The notes beneath the pieces are model-generated. The model made no database searches, was not told where the DNA came from, and was given only the letters and a program-made list of their open reading frames with translations. DNA of 63,903 nucleotides, filler included, from Octopus bimaculoides (lineage: Eukaryota), in assembly GCF_001194135.2 (NCBI RefSeq). It is 8 parts of 8 records of this genome, joined end to end, with 100 filler letters (N's around TTAATTAATTAA, not from the genome) between each part and the next. Parts side by side here need not be neighbours in the genome. Positions count along the whole stretch, not along the records: positions 1 to 27,000 come from NC_068982.1; positions 27,101 to 40,597 come from NC_068994.1; 6 more parts are not named here. One strand, written 5' to 3'. Numbering within the stretch: position 1 is the stretch's first letter; the number at the start of each line of letters is the position of its first letter. Positions 14,633-27,608 of the stretch are shown one piece after another. The position numbers and the translations under genes are program-made.

Positions 14633-15087
14633 AAGAGAGAGGGAAAGAGAGAGATAGATGGTTATTTTTATATACTTTTACATTGAAACCGCAAAAAACC
14701 TCCCACCCAAATAGTTACAGAGTTTCACTTAATTGTTCATCAGAGAGTTGTAATAATTTAGGATAGTAAAACAATCTATAAATTCTGAGTATACATAAGT
14801 GTTCATGAATACCAATAAGAATAAGCGTTTAAAGCTGATTGGGCAACTACTTTTAAAATAATGGCGTACACATGGATGAAAGAAGGATTGACTGTGACGG
14901 GAAAATGATATACACGATAAGTGATTCAAAAACCTTTTTAAAAGCATTAATCGTAGGTTCGAATGAAAAATTAAACAGAAGATAGACTCTGTCAAGAATA
15001 AGAAGCTGCATGTAATTATAGGAGGATATATAAAATTATAGTTTGAATTAAAATAAGAGCGAATGGGTACCACTAAATAAGCAAAAT

Positions 15088-15300
15088 ACCGTCCCCTCGA
15101 TCTAGCTTCGCTGGTTCGAGTTGGGAAGGGAAGCCTGCGGCGTCTAGGCCATGCTTTATGATCTTAAGGGTAGCTTGGCGTGGAAGGCGGCCAGCACTAT
15201 AACGGCATGGAAGGAGGCCGAAAGAATCCACAGTGGATCTGCAACGAAATTTATGAGGCTCATAGATTTGGAGGCCAAGCCTCAAGTAAACGTCGATACT
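15088..15300 (-). mobile_element. CRE-clade non-LTR retrotransposon fragment
   Basis: RLGLQIYEPHKFRCRSTVDSFGL..CRYSAGRLPR.A.L.IIK.GLDAAGFPSQLEPAKLDRGDG matches the CRE-type CCHC plus start of RLE (…GLDRGDGKRPDG). Confidence 0.75.
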
Positions 15301-15552
15301 TAGTCAGCCGCAATTAAGCTAAATGCTAGTTGCAAGTGATGGAACTGCATCGAGCTGAACTCCGCTGTGAGGCTCAGAGGCTGAGCGGAAACATTCCAGA
15401 CGGTGCTGCATAATCACAACATTCTGATGATCGGTTATGTAAAAGTCTGAGTAACAGTTTGTGAGAGTTTTTAGGCTTTAATAAAGTTTGTTTTACTCTG
15501 CCTTTGGTATTCGAATACTATTATTTCTCTACCCTCTGCTTACTTGAATATA

Positions 15553-16448
15553 TGAGATGGTATGAAAAAGTTCCCAGACTAGTTCTGCAGAGCGCTAAGA
15601 AATGGCAGCACACTGATGCGTACGTAGTGAGAGCTAGCAGTGACCTTCATGATGTAGTGTGCCGAGTGACATTGCTGTGTTTACTTCGCAGGATGAGAAA
15701 TTTAATTTGTGTTTTTGTGATCACGTGTGTGCTGTAGTCTGCGATTTTGTCATGGACAGGAACAAAAAGCCAACGTTAAGTTTTGCGTTAAACTTGGGAA
15801 GTCTACTACAAAGATTACTGCGACGAGGCAATGGGTCGTAAGCAGTGTTTCGAATGACATAGGCGCTTTAAAAGCGGAAGAACGTCTCTGAAAGACAATG
15901 AGCAAGACCTGCCACATATATCACCCTCGAAGTTGTGGTATTGTGCATCAAAAATTCGTCCACCAGGGCCAGACCGTCAATCGAGAGTTCTACTGCGACT
16001 TTTTGAAGCGCTTGAGGGGGGACATTCTACAAAAGCGACCGGATCTGTGGAGCGCGAACAATGGGATTCTTCAAAACAGCAATGTACCCTGTCACTGAGC
16101 TCTCCTCACTCGTGAGCTTCTCGCCCAAAACAACATGGTATCGCTTCCGCACCCGCCCTATTCACCAGATTTAGCACCTGCCAGCTTCCATCTCTTCCCC
16201 AAGATGAAAATGCAGCTCAATGGTCACCGTTTTAAAACCGTTGTCGAGATCCAGAGCAAATAGTAGAAGGTCTTCGACTCGCTTACGGAAAACGACTTTC
16301 AGGTCAGATTCCAAAAGTGGCAGGAACGCTGGGACGGGTGTATTGCTGCGCAAGGTGACTGTTTCCAAAGAGATGATATTAAAACCTAGGTAAATAAGTT
16401 TTTTTTTATTAAATGTAATTAGTCCTGAACCTTTTTGATACCACCTCG
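15553..16448 (+). mobile_element. Mariner-type DNA transposon, internally deleted and pseudogenised
   Basis: About 30-bp imperfect TIRs (TGAGATGGTATGAAAAAGTTCCCAGACTAGTT versus the reverse complement CGAGGTGGTATCAAAAAGGTTCAGGACTAATT), flanked by TA. Transposase pieces EQKANVKFCVKLGKS, GIVHQKFV..GQTVN and HPPYSPDLAP. Confidence 0.93.
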
Positions 16449-16564
16449 TATATATATATTTCTAGTTTTACATACAAAAACACAATTTATGCGCATTAAA
16501 AGACAAAGGAAATATAAAAAAAATATAAAATTACTTAAAATTATATACATATGTGCACACAATT

Positions 16565-16745
16565 AGATGGCCGTTGACTCTCATGAGTTCCTCCGCCCTT
16601 TGATGGATCTTGTTTTTCTTCCCGTAGGGGGTTCAAAAGTCCTCCTCCTCACCAGCTTGGTGGGGGTTACCGGTTCAGTCGCCAACGACCCGACCATGTG
16701 ACAGGTTGTACTGGGTTACATGTTACTAGTAGCACTCAAAGGCAA
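16565..16745 (-). mobile_element. RTE-type LINE 5' UTR fragment
   Basis: Clearly similar to the reverse complement of 61448-61560, which lies upstream of RTE coding sequence. Confidence 0.6.
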
Positions 16746-16748
16746 CCA

Positions 16749-16792
<44 letters not shown>

Positions 16793-17217
16793 CGCACGCA
16801 CGCACACGCACATATGCACACACATACATTCATACATTACATATACACACGCACATATAAATATGTTTGTGTGTGTATATGCATAACAGACATATGTGGC
16901 CATGTAAAGCTGTAATCAGAGGATTTCCAATCGTGCGGGTCTCGTTTTGGTTTCAAGCAGTGTACATCAAAGAATACATTAGCCATTATGGTCTCGTGCT
17001 GTTGTCAGACGGAGGTGAATCATTTGTGTGAGATTCGGTTGCTATTTTTAGCAGGAATATCTTGCAGTATTTCCCACCCTTCGTCATCGTTATTGGTAGT
17101 TGTGGTGGTGGTGATGATGATGGTGGTGGTGATGGTGGAGATGGTGCTGGAGGTAATAAGAGAAGTAGGAAAGTAATTCTAATATCGCACAGAGGCAGAT
17201 TTAATAATAGTAACAAG

Positions 17218-17249
<32 letters not shown>

Positions 17250-17271
17250 TGATGATGATAATAGTAATAAT

Positions 17272-17379
17272 GCATGTGCCTGGTGCACCCTTATCAGACG
17301 GGTAGTCATGACGGGTGCATTCGACTTCATATATTTGTACCCATGTGTCACTTTGATGGAATGCGCTGTTCGCTCACTC
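17272..17379 (+). mobile_element. 3' end of an unassigned LINE-like family B, embedded in (AAT)n
   Basis: Homologous to 19166-19358 (shared gcatgtgcctggtg.acccttatcagacgggtagtcatga...ctcactc) and followed by (AAT)n. Confidence 0.6.
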
Positions 17380-17463
<84 letters not shown>

Positions 17464-17464
<1 letters not shown>

Positions 17465-17559
17465 CGACTACCATACCAGTGATTAAGGCGACTACCGTAC
17501 CAGTGATTAAGGCGACTACCGTACCAGTGATTAAGGCGACTACCGTACCAGTGATTAAG
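17464..17559 (+). repeat. 24-bp tandem repeat GCGACTACCGTACCAGTGATTAAG, at least 4 copies, running into a gap
   Basis: Directly visible. Confidence 0.95.
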
Positions 17560-18060
17560 GNNNNNNNNNNNNNNNNNNNNNNNNNNNNNNNNNNNNNNNN
17601 NNNNNNNNNNNNNNNNNNNNNNNNNNNNNNNNNNNNNNNNNNNNNNNNNNNNNNNNNNNNNNNNNNNNNNNNNNNNNNNNNNNNNNNNNNNNNNNNNNNN
17701 NNNNNNNNNNNNNNNNNNNNNNNNNNNNNNNNNNNNNNNNNNNNNNNNNNNNNNNNNNNNNNNNNNNNNNNNNNNNNNNNNNNNNNNNNNNNNNNNNNNN
17801 NNNNNNNNNNNNNNNNNNNNNNNNNNNNNNNNNNNNNNNNNNNNNNNNNNNNNNNNNNNNNNNNNNNNNNNNNNNNNNNNNNNNNNNNNNNNNNNNNNNN
17901 NNNNNNNNNNNNNNNNNNNNNNNNNNNNNNNNNNNNNNNNNNNNNNNNAAAGGTACTAAAACCTATTTGAAAATGATACCAGGCTTACCATCCCTACAGG
18001 AAGTGCAAACAATCGTGTTAACTGGAACGACTCATACTGAGAAGAGCATTATCGCTGTGA
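17464..18060 (+). mobile_element. 5'-truncated R4/Dong-type LINE, family C, with a 24-bp tandem array at its 5' junction
   Basis: ATTIPVI followed, after the gap, by KGTKTYLKMIPGLPSLQEVQTIVLTGTTH-LRRALSL*, the typical R4-clade C-terminus. Starts directly after (AAT)n. Confidence 0.75.
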
Positions 18061-18254
18061 AAACAACATCCATTCATGAATTTGTTTTTTATTATTATTT
18101 TTTTTTATTAAAATTATTTTTTTTAAAATACATATTTTACCTGTGAATTTGGGTGTGTAAACTGGGAATGCATTCAACGAGTTTCTGCCCTAGGTGTACG
18201 GAAAACACTCGGCGAGAAATGGAAGAAAATTTGAAGAAAGAAGAAAAAAACAAC

Positions 18255-18483
18255 AACATAATAATAATAATAATTTTTAATAGAGGCACAAGGCCTCAAA
18301 TTTGGTGGGAGGGGACCAGTCGATTACATCGACCCCAGTGTTTCACTGGTACTCAATTTATCGATCCCGAAAGGAGGAAAGGCAAAGTCGACCTCGACGG
18401 AATTTGCACTCAGCGTAAGGTCGGACGAAATGCCGCTAAGCATTTTGCTTGGCGTGCTAATGATTCTACCAGCTCGCTGCCTT
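18255..18483 (-). mobile_element. S3 SINE flanked by (TAA)n on both sides
   Basis: Matches the S3 consensus seen in this window. Confidence 0.88.
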
Positions 18484-18502
18484 AATAATAATAATAATAA
18501 TG

Positions 18503-18552
<50 letters not shown>

Positions 18553-18554
<2 letters not shown>

Positions 18555-18840
18555 CCCTCTTAAGTACGAAATAGCCCGGCTATGGAAAATGAAGAAGGTG
18601 AAGATAGTACTAAATATTGTTGGGTCCTTGGGAACAATATCAGAAGGCATCAAGAGGAATATAAAGGAAATTGGAATAGAGTGCTCAGTAGAACTGTTAC
18701 AAAAGGTTTGCCTCTTTGGCATGGCCAAAATAATCAGGAAAGTATTAGATAGCTGAAAAGAACGAATAGCATGGTTCGGTAGGCTGCAGGTAGTAATCCC
18801 GTTACGCATGGAATTCCAAGAAAGCCTGTGATAAAGAGAA
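18553..18840 (+). mobile_element. 5'-truncated R4/Dong-type LINE, family A, with intact 3' end and (TAA)n on both sides
   Basis: DPLKYEIARLWKMKKVKIV...VGSLGTISEGIK...ELLQKVCLFGMAKIIRKVLDS* plus a short 3' UTR. Very similar to 2365-2490 but truncated at a different point. Confidence 0.88.
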
Positions 18841-19090
18841 ATAATAATAAAAATAATTCTAATAATAATAATGATAATAATAATAATAATAACAACAACA
18901 ACAATCTTTTCTACTATAGGCACAAGGCCTGAAATTTGGGGGAAGGGGATAGTCAATTACATCGACCCAGTGTTTCACAGGTACTTAATTTATCGACCCC
19001 GAAAGTATGAAAGGCAAATTTGTCCTTCGTGAAATTTGAACTCAGAACATAAGTACGACGGCCGCAACGTGCTAACAATTCTATCTCCCC

Positions 19091-19146
<56 letters not shown>

Positions 19147-19165
19147 TAATAATAATAACGATGAT

Positions 19166-19358
19166 GAAAATTCTAACTGGGCCCCACTTGCAAGGTCATG
19201 CGCTGTTTATCTTGATATGAGGCCACTATGTCGCGCACATATGGTTGTGATGCATGTGCCTGGTGTACCCTTATCAGACGGGTAGTCATGATGGGTATAA
19301 TGGGCTTCGTATATTTTACCCCGGTATCACTCTGATGGCATGCCCTGCTCTCTCACTC
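19166..19358 (+). mobile_element. 3' end of LINE-like family B, flanked by (AAT)n on both sides
   Basis: Homologous to 17272-17379. Confidence 0.6.
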
Positions 19359-19398
<40 letters not shown>

Positions 19399-19800
19399 CT
19401 GTATGACATGTGAGATGGCAGAACTGTTAGCGCGTCGGACAAATTGCTTAGCAGCATGTCTTCCAGCTCCTTACGCTCGGAGTCCAACCTTTGCCGAAGT
19501 CGATCTTGCCATTTATCCTTTCATGATTGATAAAATAAAATACCAGCCATATATACTGAGGCCGATGCAGTTAACTACTTTTCCTGCCAAATTTTAGGCT
19601 TTCTGCCTGTAGCTGAAGGAGTTATTATTATTGTTATTGACAATGATGATAATTATGATAATGATGAGGATGATATGGTCATGATGACGACGACGACGAC
19701 GATGTTTATATTTGCTACAAAACAACGTAAATGTATACAAGACGCTTAATTTCCCTTGTGAAGAGAAATACTTTTGAGGGGCGTGCAAAAAATACAAACG

Positions 19801-19852
<52 letters not shown>

Positions 19853-19939
19853 NNNNNNNNNNNNNNNNNNNNNNNNNNNNNNNNNNNNNNNNNNNNNNNN
19901 NNNNNNNNNNNNNNNNNNNNNNNNNNNNNNNNNNNNNNN

Positions 19940-20002
<63 letters not shown>

Positions 20003-20194
20003 ATATAAATATGTATATATATATATGTATAAATATATACATGTGTATATACTTGTATATGTATATGCATATATATATATATGTATCCATACATATACAC
20101 ACATATATATATATACACACACATATACATGCATACATATATTTATAAACACGTATATGTATACATACATACATATATATGTATATATGTATGA

Positions 20195-20240
<46 letters not shown>

Positions 20241-20581
20241 NNNNNNNNNNNNNNNNNNNNNNNNNNNNNNNNNNNNNNNNNNNNNNNNNNNNNNNNNNNN
20301 NNNNNNNNNNNNNNNNNNNNNNNNNNNNNNNNNNNNNNNNTATATAATAAGAGGTAATTAGATTGATAGACACACAAAATGAATGTATTAACACATACAT
20401 ATACGTACCTACACTGAATCATACACACTGAATCTCGCATACAGACCCAGACTTAGAAAACGAGTATGAACGAGTGCGTACCTCTCGAGTGCACAAATAT
20501 ATTTTGGCACTGGATAATTCAGTGAACCAGTTAATGGCATCTTTGACCGACCTCACTTCGAGGCTCGACTAACCAGTGAAG

Positions 20582-20622
<41 letters not shown>

Positions 20623-20979
20623 NNNNNNNNNNNNNNNNNNNNNNNNNNNNNNNNNNNNNNNNNNNNNNNNNNNNNNNNNNNNNNNNNNNNNNNNNNNNNN
20701 NNNNNNNNNNNNNNNNNNNNNNNNNNNNNNNNNNNNNNNNNNNNNNNNNNNNNNNNNNNNNNNNNNNNNNNNNNNNNNNNNNNNNNNNNNNNNNNNNNNN
20801 NNNNNNNNNNNNNNNNNNNNNNNNNNNNNNNNNNNNNNNNNNNNNNNNNNNNNNNNNNNNNNNNNNNNNNNNNNNNNNNNNNNNNNNNNNNNNNNNNNNN
20901 NNNNNNNNNNNNNNNNNNNNNNNNNNNNNNNNNNNNNNNNNNNNNNNNNNNNNNNNNNNNNNNNNNNNNNNNNNNNNNN

Positions 20980-21011
<32 letters not shown>

Positions 21012-22034
21012 AGGTATGTATGTGTGTGTCTATGTATGGGTGTAAGTGTGCGTGTATGTGTGTATATGTGTGCATTTGAGGGAGAGAGTGAAGGAAGAAG
21101 CGAAAGGCCATATATGTGTGCGAATATCTTTTCTCTAAGTCAATTTTCTTCGTGTACGTTTCATACATTTACATTTATTTTTTTCCCTTCTTAAACACAA
21201 GAAATAAACAACAAACTAAAATGTAATAACAGTCAAAAAGGTGAAAGTGTTGAATTTCTATGTTTCTACTGGAAACACCGAAATTTTACACTTTCATCTT
21301 CCCTCAGGAGGGAAGTAAAATCCACTTGCTAAACAAATCGCTTAATAGTCTTTTTCTGCTTGTTTAACTTGCGTGAGACATTCCTTTTGTGTAGTTCAAC
21401 ACTTTATATACGTATATATATATATATGAATTTACAAATTTGATATGCGATCGGTAAGTTCAAAGGCAGAACATTTTTGTAATATATGTAAGAATCAGGT
21501 CTTTACGATTGACTTATTGTTTCAGTAGGTTTCATGTCATTCGTGTTCTATATACGTATTCTCTATGAAATCCACCGTCTACATATAGAACTGAATCACT
21601 TAGAGTTACTATAAAAATCCTCTTTTTATGTTTGCTTTCGCTCCTTGATCGATGTACTGGTCATTTTGATATCAGTGTGAGCATGTTTATCAAAATACAT
21701 ATACAAATTTTCTATGAAATTCATTGCCTGCATACAGACCTCAGTCACTTAAGTGTTGCTATTAAAATACTCTGTTTACATCTTTGTCCTTTGACTGTTG
21801 TGTTGGTCATTTTCATATCAATGTGAAAATGTTTAAGAAAATACCGTGTTTGTCGACTCTATGGCGTATCCTTCTTTAAATGCCTTCATTCTTTCTACAA
21901 ATCATTTCTTTAAACAGCAACATATATAAGAAAATACCAAACAAATTTTGCAAGTCGCTTCTATTTTCAACGGAATTAGCAATCAGATACCTTTTTATTT
22001 CAATTATCTGCAGACATAGTTACATACGCGTGCG

Positions 22035-22065
<31 letters not shown>

Positions 22066-22190
22066 GCAGTCACACAATAACATACATACATAATGTAGTG
22101 CAAGTGTTCATTGTAATTACATGAAGAACTTTTTTCTTCTGCAAGATTTTCATGCCCTGGAAATTTAACCTGTATATTAAAAAGTTCACG

Positions 22191-22228
<38 letters not shown>

Positions 22229-22983
22229 ACTCTATTGCTGAACAATTAACCATTTATGAAGGGAGAAAAAACATAACATGACTGCTTTTTAAACTGTAAA
22301 CTATTTTCTTTGTAAGAATTGTCTAACTTCATGAAAATGTTTAATTTAGCAAAAATATTTTGTTATTAGTTATGTCATACTGACGACTCCAAATAAGGAT
22401 GAAATAGTGCTATACGCAGCTGCCAATGACTAAAACATTTAAGATCTTTATAATGTGCAAAAAAAAGTAATATTAAGTGTGCATATTCTGTACACTTTTA
22501 CACTTTGATTTAAGTTTCAATCTTTCAACACGCCTCAATTTAACTTAATCTAGAAGGGATTATCTCTACTATGATAGCTGACTGCTGGAGGACACTGCAC
22601 ATACATATAAATAAAATCACACACACATACATATGTACGAGTGACGGGACAAACGAAAGAAAGAGACACTCAATACATCTATGAGTTATACGTATTGTTA
22701 CCTAAAAACACTTTGATTCGGTCCCATGCAACTACCTAGCTCGTCAAGCGCAGGCTACCGAATGCTGCGATAGGGGAAGTCCAAGATGACTACTGCAAAT
22801 TAGGATGTTACTGGTTAAGGCCGGTCACATGGTGTTGTTGAAAATAGTTCTGAAATATCAGCGACATCAAGTATATTAAAATAAAGATCCCAATCTGTAT
22901 GTAGTCCATGGACCGTGTCACTGGCTGAAAGGATGTTCGCGATGTCTCGCTGTCTGGATAGAAAAGTATATAAAGAAAGATAG

Positions 22984-23028
<45 letters not shown>

Positions 23029-24277
23029 TAGATGGATAGATAGATACACAGACAAATTGATAGATAGGTAGATCGGTAGATAGCGACATAGATACAAAAT
23101 TTATTCGCCCATAACTTATAGACAGAATATGTGTTATAATTTAAACCATTACTATGAGTTGTTAAACGGATTACACAATAATTTAGATTTTGTTTAGTTA
23201 ACGTACATTGCTCTAAGTCTACTTTATAAAGTACCTTACAGGATTCCTACTTTAAAATGCTTTCCTGATATATTTTGAAGAGTAATTATATTGGAACCCT
23301 GCATGCAGCTAAAATTGTACTTGTTAACACACTACATTAGTTAGTCTACACATAAATATGGGAAATTTGAATTCTGTGACGTTTCAACCGAATTTTGACC
23401 CCTCGTGGCTATAGCATTGTTGACGTGAGTATATATAATCTGGGTAAATTCGAATTTCTCTTACTTATTTCCGGTTGATGACAGTTCTAGTTGTGTCTCT
23501 ACGAATGCAACCAGTTACCGGAAATACAATTTGTGCCCCACTTATGTACGTACGAATGTATGTATGTATGTATGTATGTATGTATGTATGAACANNNNNN
23601 NNNNNNNNNNNNNNNNNNNNNNNNNNNNNNNNNNNNNNNNNNNNNNNNNNNNNNNNNNNNNNNNNNNNNNNNNNNNNNNNNNNNNNNNNNNNNNNNNNNN
23701 NNNNNNNNNNNNNNNNNNNNNNNNNNNNNNNNNNNNNNNNNNNNNNNNNNNNNNNNNNNNNNNNNNNNNNNNNNNNNNNNNNNNNNNNNNNNNNNNNNNN
23801 NNNNNNNNNNNNNNNNNNNNNNNNNNNNNNNNNNNNNNNNNNNNNNNNNNNNNNNNNNNNNNNNNNNNNNNNNNNNNNNNNNNNNNNNNNNNNNNNNNNN
23901 NNNNNNNNNNNNNNNNNNNNNNNNNNNNNNNNNNNNNNNNNNNNNNNNNNNNNNNNNNNNNNNNNNNNNNNNNNNNNNNNNNNNNNNNNNNNNNNNNNNN
24001 NNNNNNNNNNNNNNNNNNNNNNNNNNNNNNNNNNNNNNNNNNNNNNNNNNNNNNNNNNNNNNNNNNNNNNNNNNNNNNNNNNNNNNNNNNNNNNNNNNNN
24101 NNNNNNNNNNNNNNNNNNNNNNNNNNNNNNNNNNNNNNNNNNNNNNNNNNNNNNNNNNNNNNNNNNNNNNNNNNNNNNNNNNNNNNNNNNNNNNNNNNNN
24201 NNNNNNNNNNNNNNNNNNNNNNNNNNNNNNNNNNNNNNNNNNNNNNNNNNNNNNNNNNNNNNNNNNNNNNNNNNNNN

Positions 24278-24344
<67 letters not shown>

Positions 24345-25450
24345 GCTCACATAAGATATATGTTATATATGTTTTATGTTATGAATACCGGTGGGGCAAA
24401 TAGTGCAAAGAACATTTTAACTTAGCTGAGTTGAACTGAATAACCGAATTTAGACAACAGCAGCTGTAACAACAATAACGCTAGCACTACCGCAATTTAC
24501 CATTGCTAAATATCACAATTATAAAACACCACCACCACCACCACCGACGGTCAACGATCAGCACCACCACCTCCAACATCAACAGCAGCAACAACAACAA
24601 AGAACAACATATCTCACCCGCCATCTCCGCAACCATAAGAATAATAAATTCAAAAACACGGCTATTAAAGCAATTGTAATAATATTCATAGAAAGCAATG
24701 GAAAGCAATTCCAATAGTCAATTATTATTTTTTGTCTATGTTTTTCTTTTTTTTTTTAAATTTATTTATCCTCCTGTTTAGCGGAAGTGGCACAGCGCAA
24801 CGTGTAGAACATGTGCGAAATTTGGACTAGCAATTTAACGGATATAATAGACTGTGTGAAAACTACCACGATAATTTCCATTTATAATTCTGAACCCCAA
24901 ATTACAGGGATTTGTGCCTATGCTATACATTATTACTATTGTCAAACCAATGAGGAAATCTGTACATGGTCGTTTACCTGGTAGAAATAGAAGCGAAATC
25001 TCGCTGTAATGACATCTTAAAAAATATTTAACGCGTTGTTTAATGTGTTCCTAAGTTTCCTGCAGAAAGACAATAAACGATATGGTCCCGGTTCAGAAAG
25101 GGGAGTTCGTGTTTATTTGTCGCTTTCCACATCACTCAACTACCCCGATGGCCAAAGGGTAGGTCTGACTGGTTTGGTCTAAAATCCACTCAAATTGTTA
25201 TCCAACTTTTATTTCAATTCTGTGAGTTCTAATTTTTTGCAAATTAGACGGCCAATAGCGGATCTGATTTATTAACGGAATTCCNNNNNNNNNNNNNNNN
25301 NNNNNNNNNNNNNNNNNNNNNNNNNNNNNNNNNNNNNNNNNNNNNNNNNNNNNNNNNNNNNNNNNNNNNNNNNNNNNNNNNNNNNNNNNNNNNNNNNNNN
25401 NNNNNNNNNNNNNNNNNNNNNNNNTATATATATATATATATATATATATC

Positions 25451-26730
25451 GTTTTGGGGCGACCATGATGGGTGACCATGACCTCAGTAGATTCTGCTCC
25501 ACCAGGTCACAGAGGGGAAGACCACCCACCATCACCTCAGTAGTGAAGAAAAGCTTCGCAGAGTGCCGGAGTGTCTGAACTGTACCCACCCAAGACCCTG
25601 AGAACAACAATCAGGTGAAATGAATGATTACACATGCAATAGGGGCTAAGAACCACTTTGAAGAACCACATTGTAAAGTTTAACAAGAAACTATATATGA
25701 AGGTACAAGTTGCAGCCATTGGTGCCAGTGTAGCTGGTGATGTAGCTGGTGGGACAGAAAACTTAAGCAATCCTTAGCAGAACAGTCCATAACTCTTCTA
25801 CTTTACAGTAAGTATGTAGACGACATTAATATCCTAGTAACGTTATGTAGTAACTGAGTGGAACATAATGGAAAGCATCCAGCAAGTAGCTAACTCCATC
25901 CACCAAAGTATCAAGGTAACTATAGCAGACGTAGTTAGGATAATGAACAACGTGTCCCCACTAACTANNNNNNNNNNGAACAACGTGTCCCCACTAACTA
26001 TGCAAACTCTATGAAACGCATGCAATTCTCTGGATATGATCAGAAAGATAGGGTTCGAGTATACAGGGGTGCTAGATAATAGAAAGTTAGATAATATTAT
26101 ATGTAATGGAACCAGTGGCACCTGCCCTAGATACAGAAGCAAAGACTGGAATAGGATACAAAGAGCTTGTGACAAAGAAAACATGGTGCATAATTAGTAT
26201 AAAACCGACAAATATCAAGGAGTGATGTTTGTAGTGGCCACAACCCATGGAGAACTAGCCTGTAGATTTAGGAAAGCTCTAAAGGAGACCAAACTTAACA
26301 TTAAAATTGTTGAAAAGCCAGGGAACTTCATCAGATCACAACTATGTAGGACGTACCCTTTTGAGAATAGCATATGCACTAATGATAACTGCATGGTATG
26401 TAGGATTAGCCCTGGCATTAACTGTAGAACTAGAAATGTAGTCTACAGCATAAAATGCATAGAAGGTGCTTGGAAAGACATGAACATGACATACATAGGG
26501 AAGACATCTAGGAGCATTGCGGAAAGACTAAATGAACATTTAAGACAATATGACGACAAATACAGTCCTCCATACTATAACAACATGCCAAGGACCAAGT
26601 TGGAGGTATCCTGGGTTAGCCTGACATCTACATTTTATCCAAGCACCCAAAGGACCCAACCCTCAGACAAATACAGGAGTACGTCCTCATAAATGAAACA
26701 TCCCCAGTATTAAATAGGAGATATACGTAG
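25451..26730 (+). mobile_element. Penelope-like retroelement (RT C-terminus, linker and GIY-YIG endonuclease), decayed
   Basis: AAIGASVAGDVA and KYVDDINILV (RT); CTNDNCMVC linker; NVVYSIKC...YIGKTSRSIAERLNEH (GIY-YIG); DPTLRQIQEYVLINETSPVLN. Confidence 0.9.
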
Positions 26731-27000
26731 TAGGTAATCATAGCCCCATACCCACAGTTTATATTTATATACAGGTTGAATAGTTAGTCTGCTGTTATGT
26801 AGATGTATGTGTATGTGTATGTATGTATATCTATATGGACATGAATGTAGGCATATGGATATGAAAGTGAACAGATAGACATACAAACGGACAGGTACAT
26901 AGGTAATATGAACAGACAAGTTGACATATACACATATATACGCAAATGAACTGAAACACACGACCATATTCACACACGCACATACAAACACACAAACACA

Positions 27001-27100
27001 NNNNNNNNNNNNNNNNNNNNNNNNNNNNNNNNNNNNNNNNNNNNTTAATTAATTAANNNNNNNNNNNNNNNNNNNNNNNNNNNNNNNNNNNNNNNNNNNN
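27001..27100. other. Artificial scaffold join (44N-TTAATTAATTAA-44N)
   Basis: Identical 100-nt format recurs 7 times; the 12-mer places stops in all six frames. Confidence 0.95.
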
Positions 27101-27608
27101 TTTGTTTTATTTGCTTTTTTCTTTTTAAATTTGCTGTTTTACCCTAACCCTATCACCGATAGAATTGTTTCCGAATCGTTTGTTTATGTAGTCGGCACTT
27201 AATGTATATCGGCTGAATGGACGTCAGTGATTGGTTGAAATTACAGAAATACGACAACTTTAACATGGAATAACTTAGGGATTTCTTTTTTTTTTAAGAA
27301 GACTAAGAGAAAAAGATGTTTTATATGACATTCTACCAGTGTTCCAAGTTTCAAAGTGTTTCGTTAATGAAAAATGTGGCCCCCGTTTTAAAAAAGATCC
27401 GTAAAGAGTCCTTTGAGCTTGTCCAAGCTTTCAGTTTTGATGGGTGTCTCCCGACCTCCACGTAAGAGCATGCAATTTGAATCATCAAGAAGTATCAACA
27501 AAAAGCATTACATGAGTTAAAAGAAGAACAGGAGCAAAATAAATAAAAGCAAATCTGATAACTTGTGAGAGAGGTTGGGTTCAAGGCTAAGACCAACCTG
27601 TAACTTAC

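Noticed and set aside
17062-17970. 302-aa ORF with poly-Asp/poly-Asn and ATTVPVIK repeats, mucin- or biomineral-like
   Set aside because: It is a read-through of microsatellites, LINE fragments and a gap.
25945-26000. 23-bp direct repeat in the Penelope-like element
   Set aside because: The copies flank a 10-N gap, typical of an unmerged contig overlap.
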